Below, in pieces: positions 1 to 13,686 of a stretch of 64,000 nt of DNA. The DNA is from the human T2T-CHM13v2.0 reference genome, Homo sapiens: the NCBI RefSeq assembly GCF_009914755.1, contig NC_060929.1; one strand, given 5' to 3'. The position numbers were made by a program, and so were the translations under genes. How positions within the stretch are numbered: position 1 is the stretch's first letter; each line of letters opens with the position of its first letter. Below the pieces are notes generated by a model. It saw only the letters and a program-made list of their open reading frames with translations, did not search any database and was not told where the DNA came from.

Positions 1-2339
1 GTTGCACTGTCCACCTCCTCATTACCATAATGATTGCGTTCAGCATCCTTCATCAGCACAGGAGCACTAAGGGTTGGAGAGGACGTGCATCACCTTTACT
101 CGCACAGCTGCTCACATCGGGCACTTGAGACGTGTATTTGCTGGGACACTTGGGAGTGAAATGGCTTGTGGAATTTAGTCTCGTGTCAGTCTTCAGCTTT
201 AAGTTTCAAGCGATCCTGCTCTGGGAATAAATATTGAGTACGACGTAGAAAAGAGCTTTTCTTCAAGGACCTCTGAAAGCCATGTAAGCACCATTCTTTG
301 ATAAACGTTCTCATCCCAACTGATGGAGGGAAAAGCCAGGAACAGGGTCCCAGGGAGGCCAAAGGGGTTCCCGACTGGGAATGAGAAGCCATCCCTTCAG
401 GACTCTGCTGTGCCCCGACAGCAGGCACAGGAGGCGTGGTCCCTGCCTTTCCCCCACCTCACCTGCCCTTTCCCGCTGGAGTAAATGGGAAGAGAGCTCT
501 GCTCAAGCCTCAGCCTCCAGGACTCTCCATCATACCAGCTGCCTCAGGCAAATTAAGCACAGCAAATGCTGCTCTGTTCAGGGCTCCTCCCTGTTTATTG
601 CAAGACGGTGGTTCTCAAACCTGACCTTCTGGGACACTTAACGATTACCCTTGACTTTTGAATCTCTCCATGATATCTGATAACAGTCGAGTGTGGATTT
701 CTTGGTGAAGTGAGGTCTCTCCCTCCACCTTTGCCCATGGAATTGAGTGACGGTCACCCCTCATTGACTCTGCGGAGAGCTGGTGCCTCCTACAGCAGAA
801 CAAGCAGGAAATAGCGCAGCAGAGAGCATCTTACAAGCCAGAGGGGCAGCAGAGGCAGCACGGGGCAGAGCTGGGCGGTGAGGAAACTGAGCATCAGCTG
901 CTGGAGCAGCTGCCGTGAGGGAACTGGCTGGGTTTATCTCAAGAGGCTGTGCTGCTGGGGCCGACCATTGGTGGGAGGTCCCATGCTCACCGGGACATAA
1001 GGCCGCCTGTGCACGAACCGTGTGGCAGCTGGCGTCCTTTGTTTCAACAAACAGAACTGCATTTCCAACTAAAAAACCCAAGTGTGAAATTCGTAGACAC
1101 CGTGTATCAGAGGGAAGAACTTGAGAAGATTAACTAAACTTCTGGAACCTCAACCGCTCTCCCTTGTGCACCTCACGCCTCGATGAGATGATGAAATGTG
1201 ATACCGCGCATATCGATGGTGGGAAAAATGTTACGTGTCATTCAGAGCCTTTGTCAGACGTTTATTAAAGTCTCGTTTCAGGTTTGGAGGGTACTATTTA
1301 GAAGTCTTAATTTCCGAATTGGATCCTATAATTATCTCAGGGTTTAATAACCCGTCAAAAGCATAGCAGAGAAGGGAAAAAGAGTATAATTTTGCCTGCT
1401 CATATGAGGAACTATTTATTGATTTCCCTTGGGGTCCTGAGCAGAAGGAGCTGTGTTAAGAAATACTTTGGCTCGAAGTACCCAGCTGTTGTAAGTGGTT
1501 TTGGGTGTGGACTCTTACGGCCATGGTCCTAAATGATTCAAATTGTAAGGTGGCAGGCAGAAGTCACACTTTTCTGATAAATGTTAAACTTAGTTACCTT
1601 CATTATATCAACATCATCAAAATCAATTGTGTGTCTGTTTGTTTATTGTGGTGGAGGCTGCTCTAGAGCTGCAGCCACATCATGGGATCTCTGCTACCCC
1701 AGCTTTCCCGCACATTCCAGGCTTAGAGACACATGGAATAAGTGAATGATGAACAAGTGAAATCAGCAACATTCAGCCCAATCATGATCAACTGGTCTCT
1801 CATCTGAAAGCCGCAAAGGTCAGAGATCTGCTGGTCTAAACCCTGTTTTGTTGTGAGGAGGATGACATCCCAGTGGATGGATTTACCAGCCAAGGCCATC
1901 ACTTTACTGAGTGTCTAGAAACCGCATCTGGAGGCCCCTAGGGCAGTGCTGTGTCCCCCTTTCACCCACTACACCCTTCTGTGAATCCTGGCAACCTTCA
2001 AAAATGTACCTGAGGTGAAATAATGAGACAAAGGGCCTTAGTTCTAAAGCAATCAGAAGCAGTGAGTTTGTGTGTTCTGATCACCTCTCCCTGGCGCTGT
2101 GAACAGTCCCCGTTCTTACAGCACGAGTGCCCTGCTAGCCTTAGATTTCCTCCTGAGGCTGCTGGGCCTGAGCTGGATGTGGGGTTTTGTCCGAATGTGC
2201 CATCCCAGTCAGGTGCTTGATGCTTGATGCTCTGGCTAAGGAATGAAGGTGTTAGGACCCTGAAGGGAAGTTGGGACCCCAGTACATCCTTCCCTGGAGG
2301 TGACATAAAGTGTCCTCTTCACTGAGCACAGACAGGACT

Positions 2340-2390
2340 TCTGTAAAAAGAGAAGTGAGCCCCATGAGCTCTGTAAAAAGAGAAGTGAGC
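2340..2390. repeat. 21 bp perfect direct repeat with 9 bp spacer
   Basis: tctgtaaaaagagaagtgagc at 2340-2360 and 2370-2390, spacer cccatgagc. Confidence 0.95.
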
Positions 2391-4784
2391 TGCCCGCCCT
2401 GCCTTCTCGGCTTTCCTTTGTCTTTCAGATGGAGATGCGCTGACCTGCCCCAATACCTATTGTTGTTTGTTAAATTACTCCAAGATAGTTATAGTCAATG
2501 GCAAACACCCACTTAGAAGCACAAATCATGTCAGATGTTCAGGACCAGCACAAACAATCAATCAAGTAAACAGCACCTTCCTTGAATATGTGGCAGGTGT
2601 GTGAGGATTTTATGAACCTGTTCTGCATTTCCAAATCCACCCTGAGGCTTCTCCCAGGACACAGTCCTGTGGATCAGCCTGTACTCGGGCGGTTTTACCT
2701 TCTGTGTCTCTCTGTCACAGTAGTCTTGTCCTAGTGCTCATCACTGCACATTCCCAGCTCCAGCAAGTGGCCAGGCTTTTCCCTCCACAGCCAAAGGCCC
2801 GATGGCCCAGCCCCCAGGTGGCAGGTGGCCCTTCCATGGCTGAGGTCACACACCCAGCATCGCATCCTGCCCTTCTCGGGGCCTTGGGCCCCTTCGGCTC
2901 TTCTCCAGGGATTGCACTTGCTCCTGCTGCCCACGGCGGTTTCCTTCCTGTGATTCCACTCGGAGGGGGCAGTTTTCTTTCCTGGCTTCAACCATCACAG
3001 AGCTGCTTTGTGTTCACCGGCAGCTGCCACGCTTCCCTGAAAAGGCAGCTTCCGTTCTGCTGGAGATGAACTGATTTGCCTGGCAGCCAACTTAAACAAG
3101 GAGGTACTTTGAGACCATTTTTGGAATCTGTCTTTTTCTCTTGATATTCAGCTTCGTAGTTGTGGGACTCTAAATACTTGTGGGGTTTAACACAAGGCCT
3201 AGGGGCTTTTGAGGATTTCAAAGTGATTCCTGTATCCTGTTATGACCACAAAACAAGGTCACAGGGGAGAACAGGCCATGCATTGTGACATTTTGCACTG
3301 GGCAGCATCTGTTACCATGTCCCCAGTGGATGCCTTCCTTATCTGTAATGAAGGCAAAGTCACACTTCTGGTTTCCAAATAAGTAAGCTGACCGCTTCTT
3401 TGATTGCTGGGAATCTTCAAGGCTCTCATTGACTCTGAGCATAAGCTTGGCCCCTCTTTTCCTTGTGATAACACAATCCTTCCTCTTATTTCCACCTACT
3501 GTTAATTTTAATCTATAGTACCAGAGAGATACTTGCATCATTTAGTCCTTTACTGGGGTAGAGTTGATAATTGTGCTTTCTTTAAAAGAAATAGCAATGC
3601 TCAGTGCCCGTGTTTCCCCCTTCCTCTTCAATCCGATATTAACACGTATTACAGAAACTAAATGAGTTCCCTGTTTAAATTACATTGATATTCAGTTACT
3701 ATGTGGCATCCCCTCAATAGAGGTCAGCCAGCTTCTCCCTCATCACTGCTCCCGTCTGCTGTGTCACAAACTTCCCTCTAGTTAAAAGAAGTAGGACTCA
3801 AATCCCCACACCCCTTACACACCCTCACTGTGGTAGCTTTCTTCTTGTCCACCACCCTTTACTCTGTGAATGCTATCCTCCTGGTAGCCAGTTATCCAGA
3901 CGGCCTGGTGAACTGAGCCTCCTGCCCTTGGGCAGTCCCTTCCCACACTGAGTGGCATTGCCTGAGTGGTCAAGAGAATGCAGTGGGAATGACGCAGTGC
4001 AACTTCTTGGATTTAGCTTGTACCTGCAACCCCACAAGGTTCCTTGTGAAGCTTGAGGTGTAAGGTCTACCCTGAGGAGAAGGAGGGCACAGATTCTGAA
4101 AGAGGGCCTTTTAAAATGAAGGACTTATTTTCCCTGATGCATGCTGTATTACATTTTCTGACATGATGAAGGGACTGGGCTTGAGACCATTTAGTTATAG
4201 AAACATAATGTTGCACATTTCTTTTTGTATGCCTGAGGTCGTGGCCACTACAATAAATACTATTTACAAAATTTTGAATTTTTCAGCTTACGTGACAATT
4301 TTCGATTCTGCAGAACTCCACTGACATAGTTAGAGCTCAATATCAGGTTTCCTGAATCAAAGTTAAATGCATTAAAAAAATTCTGTTTATAGGAGCACTT
4401 CCCAAGAGGGCAAATGGGAGGTATACCTTGGCCCTTTGTGCTCTCAGATTATTTTTTCAAAACCTGCCTTGAGAATGCTGAGGAAGGCCTTGACATTTAG
4501 CTGCTCCAAATTATCCCATTGTTGTTCTGGACACTTATTTGCTAGTAATATTGGAGAGATCAGTGCTGTGGTTTCTGCTGCAAACACTTAGAATATGGTA
4601 TCATCCTCAAAGTTAAAAAAAATAAATATTTGTGCTTTGTTTTACTTTTCATTGGCTTTCACTCAAGGTCATCAAGCAGCTGCAGTTCTTTCTCCTAGAT
4701 GGGTTTATCCAGGAAGAGACAGTCCTGGAGGGAAGCAGGATGGACAGAGGAGCTGGCGGGTGCTGGACGGAGTGCATGTCTTAC

Positions 4785-4871
4785 CCAGGGCGTTGGACCG
4801 GGCTGACACCAGCCTTCGGCTTCAAGCCCACCTCTGCCTCCCACAGTGGGATCCAGTGATGAATACCCGCC
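4785..4871 (-). other. Candidate 87 bp internal exon of an unidentified, probably non-coding, minus-strand transcript
   Basis: Minus strand reads aatttctttccag|GGCGGG...CCCTGG|gtaaga: good acceptor and strong donor, with several retained CpGs. The peptide is not recognised. Confidence 0.3.
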
Positions 4872-5419
4872 CTGGAAAGAAATTATTCACAATATTCACA
4901 TTGAAGAGGGAGAGGAATGAGAAACACTGAAACGTAAAATCCACTCCAGCCCAGACTGTTTTTTTAAATGTACATTGTAAATTCAGGACAAATAAGTGGA
5001 CAAAAACGTATGTATATATTATGCCTTTTCAAGATAGTGAGGCAACTCATTGGGCATTAAGCAGCCCTAAATATGGGTTAAATCCTTTAGTCCATTTGAA
5101 AGTTTCTTTTTAAACCTGGGCAGCCTAAAAACCAGTAGCTTTATGATTTCTAGGTAACGGGTCTACTGTCTACTGAAAAATGGAGGGAAATATGCTATTA
5201 TGTAATTATGCAGTGAAAATAGTGAACCATTCACTATTCTAGAAGAATAGGGCCCATTACCTCTCTCACAGCGTACTCTTTGGTTTATTGTTTCTTTGTG
5301 TACGTCTCTGACTTGTCCTCTTGTTTCTGTCCTTATTGCTTTGGTATCTGACCTCCATCCTTTCTCACTTAAAGAAGGAGGGTCAGAGGTATTAGGGTAG
5401 AATTTCATCTCATTCCCTC

Positions 5420-5784
5420 TGTATTAGTCCATTTTCATGCTGCTATGAAGAAATGCCCGAGACTGGGTAATTTATAAAGAAAAAGAAGTTGAATGGACTC
5501 ACAGTACCACATGGCTAGGGAGGCCTCACAATCATGGCAAAAGGTGAAGGAGAAGCAAAAACCACATCTTACATGGCAGCAGGCAAGAGAGTGTCTGCAG
5601 GGGAACTGCCCTTTATAAAACTATCAGATTTCATGAGACTTATTCACTATCATGAGAACAGCATGGGAAAGACCTGCTCCCATGATTCAGTGATCTCCCA
5701 CTGGGTTCTTCCCATGACATATGGGAATTATGGGAGCTACAATTCAAGATGAAATTTGGATGGAGACACAGCCAAACCATATCA
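5420..5784 (-). mobile_element. THE1 (THE1C/D-like) MaLR solo LTR
   Basis: Runs tgtattagtcc...gccaaaccatatca, the reverse complement of the THE1 termini; 5 bp TSD ccctc/ccccc. Confidence 0.9.
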
Positions 5785-5799
5785 CCCCCCTTAATCTCA

Positions 5800-6495
5800 C
5801 TTTCCTTGATTATATCTTCCATTCAAGGTCAGACTGATATTTTCTAAACTCATATCTGACCTTGAAATATCCACTTAAAATATTCAGGTGATTCCTCAGA
5901 AATACAGAAAATGTGCACATTTTGTGATGTGGCTTCAGGCCGCGTTGCTGCAGGACTCACCCCAACATTTGGTCGACTCCTTCCATTCTCTTCTCCACCT
6001 TTAATTCCTCATGCTCCATCCACAGGAGGGTCTTTTCCTCAAAATGCTGAGCATGTTCCAACCTTTGAGCTTGCTCTCTGCTGTTCCTCCTTTCTAAAAA
6101 CTCTTTATCCCCTTTTCTGTAAGTCAAATGTCCTAAGTGCAAACACTATCTTCTTGCAAAGCCTTAAAGCCCCAGCTTTTTTGGGTAAAGTCAGTCTCCT
6201 ATTCCCAGGCTGTGTGAACAAAAACCTAGGCTAGTCTGTATGCAGAAGACCATCATATTAGTCCCTCAAGGCCCAAGGTGAACATACCTACCCAGGGAGC
6301 CCTTCTAACTTCCAGACATATATGTCTACTCCATAATATTCTCTAAAAACCTCTGTTTAAGCACATTTAATGACCTCCTGTGACTAGATCTGTCTCCCAG
6401 ACACTGCCAATGGACTCTTGAAGGCAAGTAACTTGTCCTATTCTATAATATCACCTGCCACAAACAGGTGCTTAATAGACGTCTGTTGAGCTGTT
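5800..6495 (+). mobile_element. Degenerate L2 3' region
   Basis: Pyrimidine-rich L2-like body ending acaggtgcttaatagacgtctgttgagctg, resembling the L2 3' terminus. Confidence 0.45.
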
Positions 6496-6589
6496 TTTTT
6501 TATTTTAATAACTCTCCATCATCAGATGATTATTCTGTACATATTTGCTATAGGGCAATTCTATTGTATTATTGTAGTATAACATTTTA

Positions 6590-7310
6590 CCAGGTCATAG
6601 TCATGGGAGGCTTGGCCAAGCTGGAGAATTTGCTTTCTTGGAAGTCCACTCACATGGCTAACAGGCAGCCTTAGTTCCTCTCCACTGAGGACCTGCCACA
6701 GAGCTATTTGAGTAGCCTCATATCATGGATGTTAATTTCTTCTAGACTAAGCAATTAAAAAGCCCAAGGCAGAAGCTATAGTGACTTTTATGATGTAGCC
6801 TCAAAAATTATGTACTTTCCTGTTCACAGAATTCTCCACACGGGGTAGCCCTGATTCTATGTGTGAGGGAAATATACAGGACATAAATCCTAGAAGGTAG
6901 CAAGTATTGGAGGCCATCTGGGAGCTGGTTTTCACATCACACCCTATGCCCACCCCTCCCCACCCCCCAGGAATGTTGCTCCTCTATCTGCAACATACGC
7001 TCATCACCCTCGAAGTTCCCCAAAGTCTCAACCCTTTATAGCATCAGCTTGAAATCCTAAATCTCATCATCTGCCTCCCGTTCAGGTGTGGATGAGGCTC
7101 TCCAGGTGTCCCCTGAGTAAATTCCTTGAGTATAACACCTCTCCATCTGCAGACCTGTGAGCTCAAGAGGAGAGTTTATCTTCTCTTCCCTCCCCCACCA
7201 CTCTTCCGACATACTATGGTAGAAAAAGTACAGAATAACTTCTATGGACCCTCATTCAAAAATGGATAAAATGGTTGGCACACATAACTCACTGTTAAAT
7301 AATAATTCTG
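6590..7310 (-). mobile_element. Old MLT1-type MaLR LTR with adjoining internal fragment
   Basis: MLT1-like motifs ctcacatggct, agttcctctcca, ggccatctggga, followed by MaLR-internal-like sequence. Confidence 0.45.
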
Positions 7311-8219
7311 AAATCTAACAAGCTCATTGAGGGACACAGTCAGAATTTAAATACTGAAAACTAGCTCCTGAAACTAGACTTTTAATTACTACCCCATGCC
7401 ATCTCTTAAGACTTTACACGGCTTTGTAAATTTTTATTGGAGTCCCAAACCTTGAAAATTCTTTGCAATTATTTGTTACTATTGCCTTTTCTTTTAATAC
7501 CACTGTCACTGCCATATTTTATGGAAGCTCCATTTTCAGACACAGGCTTCAGATTTACCTCTGTTGCATTTTAATTGGCCAGGAAGACTGTTTCAGACAA
7601 TATTCAGCAGAAACCTCCAGTGAGCCAAGAGAATTGGCTATAAGCTAACTTAAAAAGTATTTTGAGAACATTAATGTCACCTCCTGATCAACCCCAGACA
7701 ATGGCTATTGAGCAAGAAGAGGGTTCTCAGTATAACCATAGGAGCTATGTCATATCATATGCATTATGTTGCTTAAAAATTTGCTTGTTTTTGCAAGCCT
7801 TCTTTTCAGAATTCCTTGCACAACCTTAATGAAGATAGTTGTTATGAAAAATCTGGAGGAAGAGACATTAGACTTGTTCAGATTGACTGTATTAGACAGA
7901 CATATGAATGCTGATCAAAAGTCAACATGCTGGATTTCATGCAGCAAGTTCCTAGCAGAGTTCTCTAGGGATGGAATAAATAATCTAAACAGGTAGTTAT
8001 TATCTGTTCACTAGGTTTAAGCATAAGCTGGATAAGAATTTGGTTTGGATTGACTGATTAATTAAACAAATATTTACTAAGTGCTTTAAGCATGCCAGAA
8101 CCTGTATTGATTGCCGGGGATTTAGCAGTAAACCAAACTGACTGAAATCTATCATGGGTACTAAATTTTAGTGGAGAAAAAAACAAATTCTAATTAGAAG
8201 ATACTAAACATAAAAAATA

Positions 8220-8380
8220 CTATCTATGGTATGTATCATATGTTATATATGTAACCTATATATTTGACATATATACCATATATGATATATTATATGGATA
8301 TATTACACATATATAATGCATATATAATATAATATATAGTAAATGTAAAATACATATATCATATATATTACATATTTCCT
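8220..8380. repeat. (TA)n-rich low-complexity tract
   Basis: Degenerate tatata/catata runs. Confidence 0.8.
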
Positions 8381-9065
8381 GGTACATGTAATGGAAAGAA
8401 CGTGGTATAAGGGTGACAGAGAGTACGACAAAAGCAGGAGTCACCCTTTCATATCATGCAGAGAAGACCTCACTCAAAGAGTGGCCATTGGGCACCTTCA
8501 TGCATCAAATCATAAAGAGATAGTTGTGTCCTGGCAGTGGACAGGGCAAGTATGAAACCTGTGAGGGAGGAGCGTGCTTGCTGTTTCCAAAAAGAGCAAG
8601 GAGGTCAGTGCGCCTGGGGAAAGGGAAGCCCAGGGCAGGAGGATGGTACCTAACAGCTGAAAGGAACAGAAAGCCATGAAGGCCATTATAGTGACATTGT
8701 TTTTGACTTTGAGCAAGATGTGAAGACTTGGAAGGTACTGGGAAGAAGTGTGTGGTGATCTGACTTACTAGTGAAGAGGATGACGCCAGCTGCTGTGTCA
8801 AGAGCAGCACTCAAGGAACAAATGTAGCAGAAGACCAGTTCCTATACTACTGCCATGATCCACAAGAAAGCAAGAGTAGGGGCTTGGAGAAGGTGCTGGT
8901 GGTGGGGTTCTTGGATGTATTCACCATCTAGGACCAAAAGTATTTGCTGAAGTGTTGCAAGTAAGTGTGAGAGAGAGCAGACAAGGATTATTCCAGGGTT
9001 TTTAGCTCAACTGACTGAAAAGAGGCTTGTCTTTTACTGAGATAGGATAGAATTCTGGAGTAATT

Positions 9066-9069
<4 letters not shown>

Positions 9070-9098
<29 letters not shown>
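9070..9098. repeat. (TG)14 microsatellite
   Basis: Perfect tg dinucleotide run. Confidence 0.97.
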
Positions 9099-9100
<2 letters not shown>

Positions 9101-12100
9101 TGGGGGGATCAGGGTTTCTGCTTCGAACATGTTATGCTTTTCAGATGCCCGTTATACCTATCAGTACAGATACTCAGAAGATAGTGAGATTTACAATTGG
9201 GTGTTCCATGGAGAGAACCAGGCTTGAGATACATTTATTGGTCATCAGATTATAGATAGTAGTTAAAGCCTTGGGTGGGAATGAGGTCTCCGATGGGTGA
9301 GTGTAGAAAGAAAAGTAGGAGGCTCCAGGGAAGCCCTCAAGGATTTGAAGACTTAGAGGCTGAGATGAGAAGGAACCGGAAATGAGGAGTTTTTCCATTA
9401 AGATATAACAAAAGAAATGCAGGTTGATGTGTATCCTGCAAGACAAGGGAAAATGCATTTTGGGGAAAGAATGAATGATAGTTAAATAAAGTATAATTAA
9501 GTAAGAGCAAATTTCATATTAGACTACTGAATTTAGCAACTGGGAGCCCATTGGTGATCTTGGAAAGAGCAGATTTGATAAAGAACAGGTGGCATCAAAA
9601 ACTTGACTTTGGTGGGTTCAGAAGAGTGGGAAAGGAAGGCTGGAGGCAGAGGAATGATCTGGTACCTAGGGAGGAATGTGGAGCCAGGAGACAGTTATAT
9701 ATTTTTAAATATGCATGAAATCAGAGATTGTTGATATTCTAATGGAGGTGATCCATATATGGAGGAACATTGATGAAGTAGGAGAGAAAGGAGGGAAGTG
9801 CTTGAACAATGTCCATGGTTAGGAAAGAGGAAATGGGCTGCAGCTTACTTGCAGGAGGATTTGCCTTGGGACAGTTCATCTGTGGTTCCAGGAGAGAAGG
9901 CAGAGAAGCCAGCACATAGGGCACAGTTGCACATGGGTGGGAAGATATGGCGGTGGAACTTTGTGGAAGCTCTCTTCAAATTGCTTTTCTTTTCTCAGTG
10001 GAAGGAAAGCAGGTCTTCCACTGAGAGCCAGGATATGGGGAGGAAGAGCCATTCAAGAAAAGAGAGAAGGGTGTAAGTAGGCAAATGGAAGAAAGAAATT
10101 TACAAGGATTACCAGGCAGCATGACAAGCCACTCGATATTAGAAGTTATGACTTCAAAATGAGAACAGTCAGCTTGTTTTGTTTGTTTTTGCCCAGGCAC
10201 ATTTAGCCACACTGGTGCAGAGTTGTTTTTCAGTTCCTGTTGTGGTTGCTGTTTATCTTTTGAGGAAGCATGTACAGAGACACCTGGAAGATGGATGAAA
10301 ATCTTGATTAAAGTGAAAAATCCCAGATTTTAAGATGAATAACAGAGGATCAGAGGGCATGAGACAACTGTTGTTAGACAGTGAAGAGATAGGGGGAGAA
10401 CTGGACTTGAGGTCCTTGTAAGGAAAAGGATTTTTGGAGTGGGGCTAGAGAGGGAGTATGGTAGAAATCTGGGAGGGGTAGATGTTAGAGATCAGCCTTC
10501 CCAAAATTGTGATTAGGAAGCTATTGCAGCAGTTGGTAACAAGATCAAGAGTTTGCCCATCCAAGTGAGTGTTGAGTTAGTTTGGAGCAGAATGTGGTTG
10601 GAGAAGAGAACAAAGAATTGACTGAAATATCAGTTTATATGGAAAAATTCATCTTCCTAGATATTGAACAGTGATGGCAGGGGTGGTGTTGGGGAGAGAA
10701 ATTATGAGTTGTTTTCAGCCAAGAGTTAATTGTCAAATAGTAAAGAGCTAACACACGGGGGTTGGTAGAAGACAATAACAGAATGGGTATCATGCAGTGT
10801 ATTCTGATATCTGAGATGCAAAGTTAAGGAGGCCCAGAAGGGAGGGAGGGTCTTGATTTGGAAACAGTAAAGAGCAACAAAGAACAGGAAGACACTCCTT
10901 TAAATCCAGGCTCAGCCATATGATGTGTTGATACGGAGAGGTCTAGAGAGATCTTATCTAGGGCTGTCTTTAGAATACGTAGCCTATAAAGTAAGCTATT
11001 CATTCAAAGGTGTGGATATAGGTATATGCACACACATATATGCACACACACGAGAATGAATAGTATAAATTCATTTTTTTCTAGTTAAGATGTTTTTTAT
11101 CTGTACACAGAATTTGTATTTAATCCCATTGTTTAGGCTTCTATATTTATTCTGAAATCTCTACAGTAAATGCTCAATTAATCTGTTGATTGGTTGATGT
11201 AAGCAGAACCTAAAATCGAGTGGAAAACTTAATGCTATATAGTATCATGAAACAATTGAAGTTAAATATGATTTTGAGAGAATTAACAGGATTTTACACC
11301 TGGAATGGAGTAATAAATATGCAAAACTTTCTAATTAAAAAAAAACTTTCTAATTTTTAGAGCTTTTGTAAAAACAGAATGAACTATCTTATGCGACTGA
11401 GAGTGTTTTGTTTTTTGTTTTTTTTTCCAACGGACATGAAATGAACACTCCCTTAAGGACACTAGAAAGAGAATCCAGGCAAGACAAGAATGTGAACAAT
11501 TAGTTGTTCTCCAAGAATTGAAGCAAGGTCAGTTTTTCCAAAGGTCCTTGGCCTTTGATCCATCACAGGCATATTTTCAGAAGTCCAAATGTCTCCCGCC
11601 CTCTATCTCTAGGTGCCCATGTTATTTCCTTGGAAGCAGAGAAGCCTCCGATGTAAAGAGCTCAGGTCTTTCTGGATCACTGAGGGTTTGTGGTACTTCT
11701 CTCATCTCACATGCCTTTTAGACCATTTGTACATGTTATTTAGACTATTTTTGGTGTGTAACTAGGCTAAGAACAAGGCCATTCAACCAAAAATATTTTC
11801 CTGAAGTGACATTGTCTTTGTGTGTGTTCCGGTGTTTGAGGGAGATTTTAAAATTTCTTTATTTTCTGAAGAGTTCAGGGACTGTTGAACCTAACAGACA
11901 ATAACAGGAACCTCATTTTTGTGCTATTCATTTACAGACTTGTCAGAAGTTGATGTGCAGCAGAGAGTAGCAACTCTGACAATAAAAGGGTAAGAGAGTC
12001 TCTTTTTATTAAAGCTGAGATTCAGAAGACATTTATAGAAAATTCAGTGTCTTTTGAAAATGTGGCATAGTGGATAATGACTATTACTTTTTGCTTTACA

Positions 12101-12204
12101 ATGTATGTAGAAAACTAGAAATTAAAAAAAAAAAGAGTTATAGGAGAGAAAAGCTACTAAAAATATCCAGTAAGAAAATACACAATAAGCCTGGTCTATT
12201 CTGC

Positions 12205-12303
12205 TGACCTTTTCTGGTCAGTTTTCACATAATTTCTCCACTTGGATTCTGGAGAAAGTTATTCGTACAGTGACGTCATAGGTCATGGTTGTAGGAGGAA
12301 GTG
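12205..12303. promoter_or_regulatory. Candidate enhancer motif cluster (NBRE, STAT-type, CRE, nuclear-receptor half-site, ETS/PU.1)
   Basis: TGACCTTT 12205, TTCTGGAGAA 12247, TGACGTCA 12271, TAGGTCA 12279, GAGGAAGTG 12295. Motif evidence only. Confidence 0.3.
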
Positions 12304-12449
12304 CAGCGACTGGGCACTGGATATTATCAATTTCAGCTGGACCCTGCTAAGTTCAGACACAAAACATTGTTTCTTTCCTTGTTTCCTATTATGTGAAATG
12401 AGGATGTTAGTTTAGATATATGTGAATCAAATAAAATATAATGTGAACC

Positions 12450-12960
<511 letters not shown>

Positions 12961-13009
12961 AGACAGTGTCCTGGCTCCTTTCTGGTTTGATATTGTGGGC
13001 ATCTAAGTA

Positions 13010-13230
13010 AAATAATTATAATAGTTTAGTAGCCCTAATTATATGTCAAATATTATTCTTAACATTAAATACATTAACCCATTTAATCCTAGTGATAACA
13101 TGAGAAGATGGATACTATTTGTTGTGCCCATCTTAGAGATGACAAAGCTGAGGCACAGTGAGGTTAAGCAAGTTGTCCAAGGTCACATCCAGAGGTGATG
13201 AGCAGAGATTTCAACCCTTGGGCAGCTCTA
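13010..13230 (-). mobile_element. MIR SINE
   Basis: MIR core cccatcttagagatgacaaagctgaggcacagtgaggttaagcaagttgtccaaggtcaca. Confidence 0.8.
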
Positions 13231-13305
13231 GAGGTTGAGAGAGTCCTGCATGGGGACTCTCTGCAGTTCTGGATTCTGTCACATGGGGTGAGGTGTAAGA
13301 AACCA

Positions 13306-13686
<381 letters not shown>

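Larger units (their letters stand above)
8060..10215 (-). mobile_element. Long degenerate L2 element, interrupted by simple repeats
   Basis: L2 3' end aacaaatatttactaagtgc...gggatttagcagtaaac followed by a purine-rich L2 body (e.g. actgaatttagcaactgggagcccattggtgatcttggaaagagcag). Confidence 0.6.

Noticed and set aside
186-3541. Cluster of 60-120 aa ORFs in the GC-richer start
   Set aside because: Overlapping on both strands, many with non-ATG starts and no recognisable domains; expected by chance at this GC content.
7766-7996. Possible plus-strand coding exon 7810-7992 (acceptor tcttttcag, open frame)
   Set aside because: Weak donor (cag|gtagtt), unrecognised peptide and no partner exons; it may be an ancient LINE remnant.
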